Shown here piece by piece: positions 28,681 to 37,500 of a stretch of DNA of 64,000 bases. The DNA comes from a virus, in the IMG/VR virus record IMGVR_UViG_3300048587_000705, positions 1 to 64,000 of that record, one strand, 5' to 3'. The position numbers and the translations under genes were made by a program. Every line of letters begins with the position of its first letter. Position 1 is the first letter of the stretch. The notes under the pieces were generated by a model. It had not been told where the DNA came from. It did not search any database and saw only the letters and a list, made by a program, of their open reading frames with translations.

Positions 28681-29787
28681 GTGAAATATTCTATAAAAAC
28701 ATATAAATTTAAGTTAAAATTAACCAATATCCAAAAAGAATTGGTTGACGAATACATTAACACTTCAAGATGTTTGTACAACCTTGCACTTGAAACTCGT
28801 TTATATGCTTATTCTTCACATAAAGTTTATTGGAATTATTACGATTTATCTTCACAACTAACAGAACTTAGAAAAGAGTTTGATTGGATTAAAAAATTAC
28901 CGTCAAATACTTGTCAAGATGTTTTAGAACGCCAAGAAAAAGCTTTTAAATCTTTCTTTAAGGGTTCAGGTTTTCCTAAATTTGCTAAAAAAGATAAATA
29001 TAATTCTGTTACTTTTAAAAATGTTAAAACACATACACACAATAGATTAAAAATTGAAAAATTAGGTTCTGTAAAATATTTCAACTCCCGTGAAATGGGG
29101 GGTAAAATACAAAGAGCAACAATTACACGTAAAAACGGAGAATATTTTGTTTCCGTTATGGTACGTACAGATTCAGCCATACCCATCAAAATCAGTCACG
29201 ATAGCTCAAAAATTGGTTTAGATGTTGGTGTGGCTTACTTTTTATCAGATTCTAATGGTAATTTTGTAGAAAATCCTCGTATATTAGAAAAATACTCCAA
29301 ACAACTAAGAATTGAACAAAGTTCCCTTTCACGTAAAAAGAAAGGTTCAAATAACCGTAAAAAACAAAAACTCAAAGTTGCTAAACTACATGAAAAAATA
29401 ACCAATACAAGAAAAGATTTTCAACAAAAATTATCAACTGAGATAACCAATCAGAATGATATAATAATAGTTGAAGATATCAAACCATCTAAGATGTTAA
29501 ATAGTAAGTATCTAAATAAACAGATTTCAGATGCTTCTTGGAGTAGTTTTTTATCTATGTTGGAGTATAAATGTAAAGCTAAAGGTAAGATATTTGAAAA
29601 AATAAACCCTGCCTATACTTCTCAAACTTGCAATGCTTGTGGCATTATTGATAAAAAATCTCGTATTTCACAATCAGAATTTGTTTGTATTTCTTGTGGA
29701 AATATAGATAATGCAGACCAAAACGCTGCAAAAAACATACTTGGTAAGGGCATTACCAGTCTCCGCAAACGTAAGGCGTTAGCCTAA
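28681..29787 (+). CDS. tnpB: RNA-guided endonuclease TnpB (canonical)
   Basis: N-terminal HTH; GLDVG, VEDI, CNAC/CISC zinc ribbon, NADQNAAKNI. Confidence 0.95.
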   Translation: MKYSIKTYKFKLKLTNIQKELVDEYINTSRCLYNLALETRLYAYSSHKVYWNYYDLSSQLTELRKEFDWIKKLPSNTCQDVLERQEKAFKSFFKGSGFPKFAKKDKYNSVTFKNVKTHTHNRLKIEKLGSVKYFNSREMGGKIQRATITRKNGEYFVSVMVRTDSAIPIKISHDSSKIGLDVGVAYFLSDSNGNFVENPRILEKYSKQLRIEQSSLSRKKKGSNNRKKQKLKVAKLHEKITNTRKDFQQKLSTEITNQNDIIIVEDIKPSKMLNSKYLNKQISDASWSSFLSMLEYKCKAKGKIFEKINPAYTSQTCNACGIIDKKSRISQSEFVCISCGNIDNADQNAAKNILGKGITSLRKRKALA

Positions 29788-29830
29788 GCGTTGGAGAAGA
29801 ATCCCACCTAATCTTTAGTTGGTGGGAGTG

Positions 29831-30070
29831 TCAATCCTTAAACTCTTTTATACAAGCTTCAACAAATTCTTTTGACAATGCTCTACCATCGCCCTCAAAG
29901 AACTCTACCTGTTTTTCTTTTTCACCTTTGTGGAATGCTTCGGATATAAGCCTTATATATTTATCTATGTCAAAAGTATAATAGGTGAAAGGTCTTCCAC
30001 CGCATTCTTCGACAGATACTTTATTCTCTGTGAAACCGTAGTCTTTTAGTTGTTTTCTTGTGAACTTCAT
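29831..30070 (-). CDS. hypothetical protein
   Basis: Stop codon now supplied by the IS right end. Confidence 0.65.
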   Translation of the reverse strand: MKFTRKQLKDYGFTENKVSVEECGGRPFTYYTFDIDKYIRLISEAFHKGEKEKQVEFFEGDGRALSKEFVEACIKEFKD

Positions 30071-30273
30071 TTTTCTCTTATATATTGTTTCAACTGTTTT
30101 ACCTGTTCCAATAGTTTTTGGTCGTGGCTCACTGCAAAGATAAGGTTATTGCAGTAGTTTAGGGCTGTTTCTCTTGTTAATTTTTGGTTAATTTTTTGCT
30201 CTTTACGCGGCGGCACATCGTTCCAAAAAAACTCTTGTTCCAAGTTTTCTTCGTATTTTTTACTGCTGTTCAT
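30067..30273 (-). CDS. hypothetical protein
   Basis: Overlaps both neighbours. Confidence 0.55.
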   Translation of the reverse strand: MNSSKKYEENLEQEFFWNDVPPRKEQKINQKLTRETALNYCNNLIFAVSHDQKLLEQVKQLKQYIREK

Positions 30274-30484
30274 ATATCCCGGATTTTTCGTCGTCTTCCA
30301 TTATTTGTCTGATATATACTTCTTGTATCTCTTTTTGGGTATAGTTGTTCTTTACCTCACGGCGCTCTACCATTTCCATCCACACATCTTTGTCCTGCTC
30401 CCATTGGCCCGTTAGTTCGGGGTAAAATTCCCAGAACATTCCCGAGAGCACCATTTTTTCGTAGTCTTCTTTTATCCTGCTCAT
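30260..30484 (-). CDS. hypothetical protein
   Basis: Likely start MSRIKED; SGMFWEFYPELTG.WE.DK motif. Confidence 0.65.
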   Translation of the reverse strand: MSRIKEDYEKMVLSGMFWEFYPELTGQWEQDKDVWMEMVERREVKNNYTQKEIQEVYIRQIMEDDEKSGIYEQQ

Positions 30485-30864
30485 CACACTTCTTTTAATC
30501 CGTTGTTTGAAAATAATTTTACCCTGTTCTGTTTCCTGTCTATATTTTCCACCCAAGCTACACATACCGCTGCGAGTTGTATAATTTCGGTCCTTCTTTT
30601 TTCTATATCAAGTTCACCCACGACCTCGCAAAACTCTTCTAAGGCTATATGTGCCCAAGTTCCGTCACCTCTTTTAAAAGCAGTGTCGCACTTAAACTTT
30701 GCCCTATTCTCTGTAGGTATCTCATATTCTTCTGCTATTCTCTGTGGAGTACATCCACCAACCCTGTTCAATAAAGTTTCGTCAAGACAGGGATGGTTTT
30801 GTTCCCCCCATTTTTCGTCCTGTCTTTTTCTCTCCTGTGCTATTTCTTCAAGTATTTTGTTCAT
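30484..30864 (-). CDS. MazG-like NTP pyrophosphohydrolase
   Basis: ERKRQDEKWG, LEEFCE, EIIQLAAVCVAWVE. Confidence 0.75.
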   Translation of the reverse strand: MNKILEEIAQERKRQDEKWGEQNHPCLDETLLNRVGGCTPQRIAEEYEIPTENRAKFKCDTAFKRGDGTWAHIALEEFCEVVGELDIEKRRTEIIQLAAVCVAWVENIDRKQNRVKLFSNNGLKEV

Positions 30865-31138
30865 ATTCTGTTTTTCTTTTGTTGAATAATTTTGAAACCT
30901 CTTTGTTGATATTTACATCTTTGTATTTTGCCGTTGGTTCATGATGTATATTATATACTGTTGGTGCTTGGCTTGGGTCGAAAAGAAACATTTTTATCTT
31001 TTCACCGTTTATAATATATTCAGGCGCTTTTAACCATTGGAAAAAATGTTGTGATGCCACATTTTCTATATGCAGTTTCATCACTTTATCCTCTGTTTTT
31101 TGAAGCTCTATTTTTAAATATTCTTCCATTATTTCCAC
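30848..31138 (-). CDS. hypothetical protein
   Basis: Packed ORF. Confidence 0.55.
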   Translation of the reverse strand: MEIMEEYLKIELQKTEDKVMKLHIENVASQHFFQWLKAPEYIINGEKIKMFLFDPSQAPTVYNIHHEPTAKYKDVNINKEVSKLFNKRKTEYEQNT

Positions 31139-31344
31139 TCATGTTTTGGGTCGGGGACAAAACATATGCTTGTGCGCCATTGGTACCCTTCTTCATTCCT
31201 AAAACTTACCAGCCCTTGTCCCCATTGTTCGGGTATCTGTGTCTGTACCTCATCTGTACTCATAACGAGCCATCCGCCAAAGACTTTTGCCCTTGTGATA
31301 TAATTACTGTGATTGCTGTCTATTGGTTCCCACTCTATTTTCAT
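31129..31344 (-). CDS. conserved phage hypothetical protein
   Basis: TRAKVFGGWLV...FVPDPKHEW. Confidence 0.7.
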   Translation of the reverse strand: MKIEWEPIDSNHSNYITRAKVFGGWLVMSTDEVQTQIPEQWGQGLVSFRNEEGYQWRTSICFVPDPKHEWK

Positions 31345-31407
31345 AATTCTTTTTTGTTTATATTATACCCTATTATCTCACCATCTTTTTTTTGATTTCC
31401 GTTTGTT

Positions 31408-32142
31408 TCAAAACTCAAATTTTAATCCCCCTTCGACCGAACTGTTAGTGGCGCCACCTACTTCAAGATAGACTTTCTTGTACCTAATACCACCCGTGAC
31501 CTTTAGGTAGTCCTCTCCCCCTTCTTTGAAGCTGTGTCCGTATGAACTACCTAAAATAAATCCGAAGTTATCTGGTTTTGGGATTTCCAATGGTGTTGCC
31601 TGAATATCTATATTATCTATCTTTAACCACTCCGGTGTTTTAAAATCCGCTGTAAAAATGCCATCATCCCTTTGGGAAATTACGCCCGATATACTGATTG
31701 GCGAGAAACTCCATTTTTCTGCTCCCGTACTATCTTTTAATGTTATTCTGTTTTGGTACCGCGCGAAATAATCCTTTTTTTGTGGATAATATGAGTCAAT
31801 GTCGATGTGGGTACTGTCTATTTTTATACTATCTGTTTCTTTTTCCACTTCTTTTGGTGTTGCCTTTACTACGTATACAATTTTTGGTTTTGCGTCGAGT
31901 TCTATTTCAAGACTGTCTACCAATTTAGAAAGTTGTCTTTGTGTAAGGGTATCAGCGACAAGTTTTCTATATTGCTGTTCGTTGATTTGTACCAATTTAT
32001 CATTTCTCAATATTTCTTTTCTAATGGCGAAATTTGCTTCCTTTAGGTCGTTTTGCAGGGAGTTTATATACCATGCGCCGCCACCTATCAAAAGTAGCAA
32101 CAAAACTACCAAAGCTATTATTATTTTATTACTGTTTTTCAT
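31408..32142 (-). CDS. membrane-anchored protein, possibly spanin-like
   Basis: N-terminal TM and coiled coil; beta-rich C-terminus ending KFEF; own promoter box at 32163-32170. Confidence 0.65.
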   Translation of the reverse strand: MKNSNKIIIALVVLLLLLIGGGAWYINSLQNDLKEANFAIRKEILRNDKLVQINEQQYRKLVADTLTQRQLSKLVDSLEIELDAKPKIVYVVKATPKEVEKETDSIKIDSTHIDIDSYYPQKKDYFARYQNRITLKDSTGAEKWSFSPISISGVISQRDDGIFTADFKTPEWLKIDNIDIQATPLEIPKPDNFGFILGSSYGHSFKEGGEDYLKVTGGIRYKKVYLEVGGATNSSVEGGLKFEF

Positions 32143-32386
32143 CTTTTGTTTATTTTATCTTACAAAGATACGTAAATTTTGTGGTTTTGTCTGTTATAGT
32201 TGGCAAAAATTTAACTCTCTTGTTCTTTTTTACACCAGTCATATAAAGATAGTGTTGATTTTGTCTGTATCCTACGGTTGTTGGCATACTCCACTTGCTC
32301 ATATACAAAGGAGGGTACATCCATTTTTGTATGTGGGTTTGCTTCGTAGTATAATTTTTCGGCTGTTTCTATTATTTCGTCCATTT

Positions 32387-32902
32387 TTAACTGTTTATTT
32401 TATTATTTTTCGCCACCACGTTCAAAAGGCTCAAATAGGTCAAATCGTGTATCGTGTACCCTTTCTTCTTCCAATGTGGTATCCTTAAAAGACTGCAAAG
32501 TGCATCACTTTTGGTCTCAAATGATACGGGTGTCAGTGTCTTGTCCTTAAAGCTCTGTTCATCTATGGACAATATTTTTTTACCTACCTCATAAGTTGCT
32601 TGACTTATGGTGAAATCAAATTTTTCTTTTGGTTTGCTCAATATCTGTACGGTTATACCATCCTTTTTATATGTCGCGGCGGATTTTGTTGTATGTACAT
32701 GCTCAAACCCGGCATCGAGAAAAGGTTTTGGGGATGTCTTTAAAAAATCCCAATCCTTTGGCTCTCGTCCTTCGAGCAAGTCGGTTATAGCTCCGCCGCA
32801 AATATAAAATTGTGAGAAACTTTTTGTTTTAAATATTTCGTGGAACATTTGTACCGTTGGGTGGTTGTCTATGAGTTCCTTTTGTTCTTGTGCTGTTTTC
32901 AT
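32387..32902 (-). CDS. stand-alone CCA-adding/poly(A) polymerase-like head domain
   Basis: YICGGAITDLLEGREPKDWDF, FDFTI. Confidence 0.8.
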   Translation of the reverse strand: MKTAQEQKELIDNHPTVQMFHEIFKTKSFSQFYICGGAITDLLEGREPKDWDFLKTSPKPFLDAGFEHVHTTKSAATYKKDGITVQILSKPKEKFDFTISQATYEVGKKILSIDEQSFKDKTLTPVSFETKSDALCSLLRIPHWKKKGYTIHDLTYLSLLNVVAKNNKINS

Positions 32903-34143
32903 TTTATTTTTAACAAATTACAAATATAAACACTCATATTTTTTACTACATTCCCTTCTTGTGTCAGATCTATATATTGGACGATAAATTCGGGCATATC
33001 TTTTTCTATGTCAAAATCCCTGTCAATTATTATACATTTCTCATACTTGTCGGCAACGACTTTACTCCCCTTCAATTGGGCTACCTTTACATCGACCTCT
33101 ACACTAAAGTTATAGAATTGTTTTACCTTTTCTTGGAATACTGTTTCTTTTTGTATTGGTTGGGGGTTTGATTCTACGCTCACCTTTTCACTATATGTCC
33201 AAAGACTATCCTCTATGGTCTTTATTATCTTGCCCGGTATTGCACAATCTTTTCTTTCTTTTATAGCTTTTGTCAACCAACCGTAGGTATGGATATCGCC
33301 GTACTGGGAATAAACCTCTTGAGCTATTTTATGTGCGGTCTCCCCTGCCGTACCATAATAATCCATATCATTTAAAAACTCATCTTCTTCAAACTGTACC
33401 ATTGGGGTAATAATCTCACGAAGGTAATCCTCATTGTTTGAAGATGTTATAGCGCTTACAATAGAACTTTTTACACTGTATACATTTGACAATATCCTAC
33501 GCTCATCTATATCACCATATTTTATGTTGTATGCAAATTTACTCGGTATCTTTTCATTTTGGTACACAAGAATATTCTGCTTATAAATCCTAAGTGTGTT
33601 CTCCTTGTTCTCAAGTGCCTCTATGTTGTTGGATATTTTATATAGTGCGGGTTTTTCGTTTATGTATAAATGCCGATTCTTCCAGACTCCATAAAATTCA
33701 CTATCTTCATTAAATTCAAGTGTTATGAGAGTACCATACGCCCCAATTTCCTCCCCTTCTGAATATATTCCGTTTTCATCGAGCATATTTGAATACAGTT
33801 CCCTTAGTGCCATCCATGTCTCCCAATTAAACCCAAGTGCCTTTGCAAAACCTGTTTTTATCTCTTTTTCACCGTTTTCTTTTACAAGTATAAGTTCTTT
33901 GTTTTTCCCCGTTTTTTCACAGGTTTGGTTGTAGGTGCCGAAAGTGAACTTTGTAATATTACCACCATCGTTATATACTTTTATGTTTATATCTACATTG
34001 TCCCTTAGCAATAAAGCTATTGAATATTTAAGTCCTGAATCAAAAGTACCAATAGTGTTGGGATCATTCCTTTTAATAGAGTCACCCATAGATGTGATAT
34101 CTATAATGGATAATTTTGTAGGGGTTATGAAGTTTACCTGCAT
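32899..34143 (-). CDS. GHKL-like ATPase-domain protein
   Basis: MGDSIKR...IGTFDSGLKY; RELYSNMLDE. Confidence 0.7.
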   Translation of the reverse strand: MQVNFITPTKLSIIDITSMGDSIKRNDPNTIGTFDSGLKYSIALLLRDNVDINIKVYNDGGNITKFTFGTYNQTCEKTGKNKELILVKENGEKEIKTGFAKALGFNWETWMALRELYSNMLDENGIYSEGEEIGAYGTLITLEFNEDSEFYGVWKNRHLYINEKPALYKISNNIEALENKENTLRIYKQNILVYQNEKIPSKFAYNIKYGDIDERRILSNVYSVKSSIVSAITSSNNEDYLREIITPMVQFEEDEFLNDMDYYGTAGETAHKIAQEVYSQYGDIHTYGWLTKAIKERKDCAIPGKIIKTIEDSLWTYSEKVSVESNPQPIQKETVFQEKVKQFYNFSVEVDVKVAQLKGSKVVADKYEKCIIIDRDFDIEKDMPEFIVQYIDLTQEGNVVKNMSVYICNLLKIK

Positions 34144-34156
34144 TATTTTTTGTTTA

Positions 34157-34193
34157 AAAGGGTGTTTTCTAATGTTTAACAGAAAACACCCTA
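34157..34193. terminator. hairpin terminator
   Basis: AGGGTGTTTTCT...AGAAAACACCCT perfect inverted repeat; U tail on the minus strand. Confidence 0.7.
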
Positions 34194-34200
34194 TTGGTTT

Positions 34201-34473
34201 TTAAAGATATTGCTGTTCAAAATTTTTGTAGGTCTCCAAAAGGGCTTTCTGTGTTTGGATGGATGCGAATGTTACCTCTACCGTGGCTTTGTCCAATGGC
34301 ACTTCTGAGACAAGGCGTTTTTGTAATTCTGTCTCTAAGTCCTCAATGGCGTCTTCGATATCACGCTTTGAACGTCTGATAAACTTCGCATCGTTTTTCA
34401 AAGTTTGATTGATTTTTACCTCTTTGCTTTTATCTTCGTCGAGGGTTTGTTTTAATGCTTCTGCTCTTTTCAT
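34201..34473 (-). CDS. coiled-coil hypothetical protein
   Basis: First gene after promoter CTTG-N20-TACTTTTG (34500-34531). Confidence 0.65.
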   Translation of the reverse strand: MKRAEALKQTLDEDKSKEVKINQTLKNDAKFIRRSKRDIEDAIEDLETELQKRLVSEVPLDKATVEVTFASIQTQKALLETYKNFEQQYL

Positions 34474-34569
34474 TTTTGTTTATTTAAAAGTTTATGTGTC
34501 AAAAGTACAAAATAAAAAAGAGACTCACAAGGAATCTCTTTCTTTTTATGAAAATTTTAACGTATTGTT

Positions 34570-37500
34570 TTATTCTTCTTTATTCTCTAATCTATCAACT
34601 ATAAATGAAAATGGGGTGGCCTTGAGGTTACTTGAGTTGAAATACTCATATTGGTGTCTCGCTGTTTTTAATGCGCGTCCACTGTTCAGGTAGTTATATT
34701 GTGAAACACCTGCCATCATTTTAGATAGATATCGGAACCTTTCAGTACTTCCCTTATAAGAACCTTGTTTTATTATATCCCCGGAGAACAAATCCTGTGC
34801 CTTAAATATATTCTGCACTATATTAAGCCCTATGATAGGCGATTCCAAAGTGTCGTTCACCGATGTCACCATCCCTATCTTCTGCACCGAACTTGTCTCG
34901 TTCAATAATCTCTGGTAGAAGTATGCCACTGCCTGCAATGCGTACTGTTCTCCTTCCTCATCATCGTCCGCCGCGCCTACTATCAAATATCCTATCGCCG
35001 CCATAAGCGTCAATACCGATATATCCACCGCCACCCGTTTCAGGTTCCTTCTCTCGGCAACAGAACTGTTCTTCCATTGTTCCTTAAAGGCGCGGATAAA
35101 GTTAGCGGTCCCCATTTTTCTCAGTTCCTGTACCGAGGCGTTCAAAAAGTTCGCGGCGCTTCTGTATGTACCCTCTTCAAGTTCCCCCGTCATGGGATTA
35201 TAGAACTCCGAGCGGGTGCGTCTTGAAATGTTCGTTATAAGGAAACTCCTGTGGGTCAATAATATGGAAAAAAGTGCGTTCCTCTGTGCTGCCACCCTTG
35301 TCTCTGTGGGTATCTGTGTATCGACGTTCAGTATTATCTCGCCCATACGGGTCTGTATCCCCTTTACCTTGTTGTCAAGATACTGTTTGAACCTCTCGTC
35401 CGACATTGGGTTGCCGTCGGTATCTGTGAGCAAGGTCTTTAACTTTTGCTCGTCAAAGGACAGTATTCCATCGTTTACATCTATAAAGTTGTAAAAGGCG
35501 TTTTCTTCCTGTGCCCTCCAAAGGCTGTCTATCTCCTTTTTGGTCTTTCCTTTGTTCAGATCGTTGAAGTTGTTGCGGTTTATAATGGAGCCGTCCACTA
35601 CCCTGTAATCGAACAACGTTCCAAGCGCCACCTCTCCGTACAATGGGAAGTTCGCAAGTTCGTGCAGCCCCATGGAAATTTTGGGCAAAAACCTTGCGGC
35701 GCCCGAGTAGTTACTGTTCTGTAGGCTCTCAAGTGCACTGAATGCACGGAAATGTTGTAGAATAACATTGAGCTTTGATTTTTTGCCCAATTTGTTGAAA
35801 TCCCCCATTGCCTCGGGCATAAGTTTTGTAAGTGCCCTACGACCGAGTTTCAGGGAATCCCTGCCTATGTGCTCACCTACAAGGCTCTCTATCAAAAGCT
35901 GTACCTTTCCCGTTATGGCGGAAGTGATGGGGATAATTGCGTTCAGTCCAAGGTTTCGGAACTTTACGTATTTCACTATGTTCCTTACCACCTTTGCCAC
36001 GTCCACTTTGCCCAAGAACGGTACGTCCACCTCATAAGTCCAAGTCTCCTTTACCCCAAAGAGCGTGTAGTCCATAAAGTTCTGGAACATTTTGTAGGTG
36101 TTGGTGGCGGTCACCTCTTTACCGTTCCCTGTTGTCCTTTTGTCAATGGCGTCGGAAAGTGCCATGATGTCGCCATAGGCGTTGAGCCTTGCGCGTTTCA
36201 AGAACCCTTCTGAATTTCGTGCGGCAATGGACCAGAAAAGGTCGTCTGATACGTCCTCTTGGTTCTCCAATCTGTTGGTGCCTATGTTGGGTATCACCTT
36301 TATACTGTTACCAAACTGTGTTTCCCCTTGTATAAGCTCATCGGGGGTAAAGGTAATAGCTTCCGTCCAAGCCTCCTTTATACTCTGGGCCGAAAGGTTC
36401 TTTGTCAGGTCCTTTGCCCGTTGTATGGTGCCCTTTCTAAATTGTGGCATGGTGTACCTGTTATAGGTGCCGCCTATCTGCATCGCATCGAGCCCCTCGC
36501 TGTTCCATTCGAGCGTTGCCTTGTATGCCTCGTACAGTTTGGGGTCGTTCTTTATTTTTTCAAAATCCTTGTTGTAATATTTGGACAGTTTCGGTTGGTC
36601 GTACCCACCGTAGAACTCTGGGATAAAATTTGGGTTTAGGTCGTCCACACCGCCTATCTCCAAAAAGGATGTATTTGGCGCTATCTCTATATAGTTGTAG
36701 GTTCCTTGTTTTATGGACTCCACCTTGTTCTTTGCGGGGACGTTCGGGTCCTGCATTGCCTGTAGGAACACCCCGTACTGTGACGGTGCAAAACGTTTGT
36801 AGTATGGCAACAACCTTCTTGTAATAAGCTGTTCCACTACCTGTTGCTTTACCCGTATGTCCTCCAAGTCCTGCATCTCCCAACCGTTTTCGTCGAGTAC
36901 GCTGTCGATTGCCTTGTTTGTCTTTTCACCTGTCTTTCCTTCAAGGTATCGGTTCAGAAAATAGATGGCGTCGGACAGCCCCTTTGCGTTGTCGGCGGTC
37001 ATATGTTGGCGGGCATACTCCACCTGCTCGTCCAGCTTCCTGTTTATTTCCTGTGCGCTGTCGTTCTCCTCGATGTTCAGTCCAAGGTCTATCAATATCT
37101 TTCGGTAGCTCTCGTTGGTCGTGGTCTCGGTATCAACGTCACTAAAGGTCTCGCCCGTCTGTTCCTCTATAAGTTTTGACGCCTTTCTATAGGCGTTGGT
37201 GATATCTTCCTGTAGTTTTTTTACCGCGTCCCTTGTAACGGACGGCATACGCTGTACGTCTATCTCGGAAGGGTTGTTCTTGTGCTGGAACTGTTTGAGA
37301 ATTGCCTTTAACGCCTTTCCCTTTGTATCGAGGGTTTCCAATATAGCGTCCACCTCTGCCATATTGTCCCCTGTATACACCTCTGGTGCCGTTATCTTTT
37401 CACGCAGGGACTGGTTCTGTTGCAGGTCGTTCCAGAACTGGTCGGAAAATCCCATGTAAGAGTTCAGTTTCAAAAAACGCATCCCTTCCTCTGGACTTAC

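Larger units (their letters stand above)
28506..29834 (+). mobile_element. TnpB-only IS200/IS605 (IS1341-type) element
   Basis: TCAT flank; left-end hairpin 28522-28548 with GAAA foot; right-end hairpin with GAAT foot ending TCAA; excision restores an ATGA gene overlap. Confidence 0.88.
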
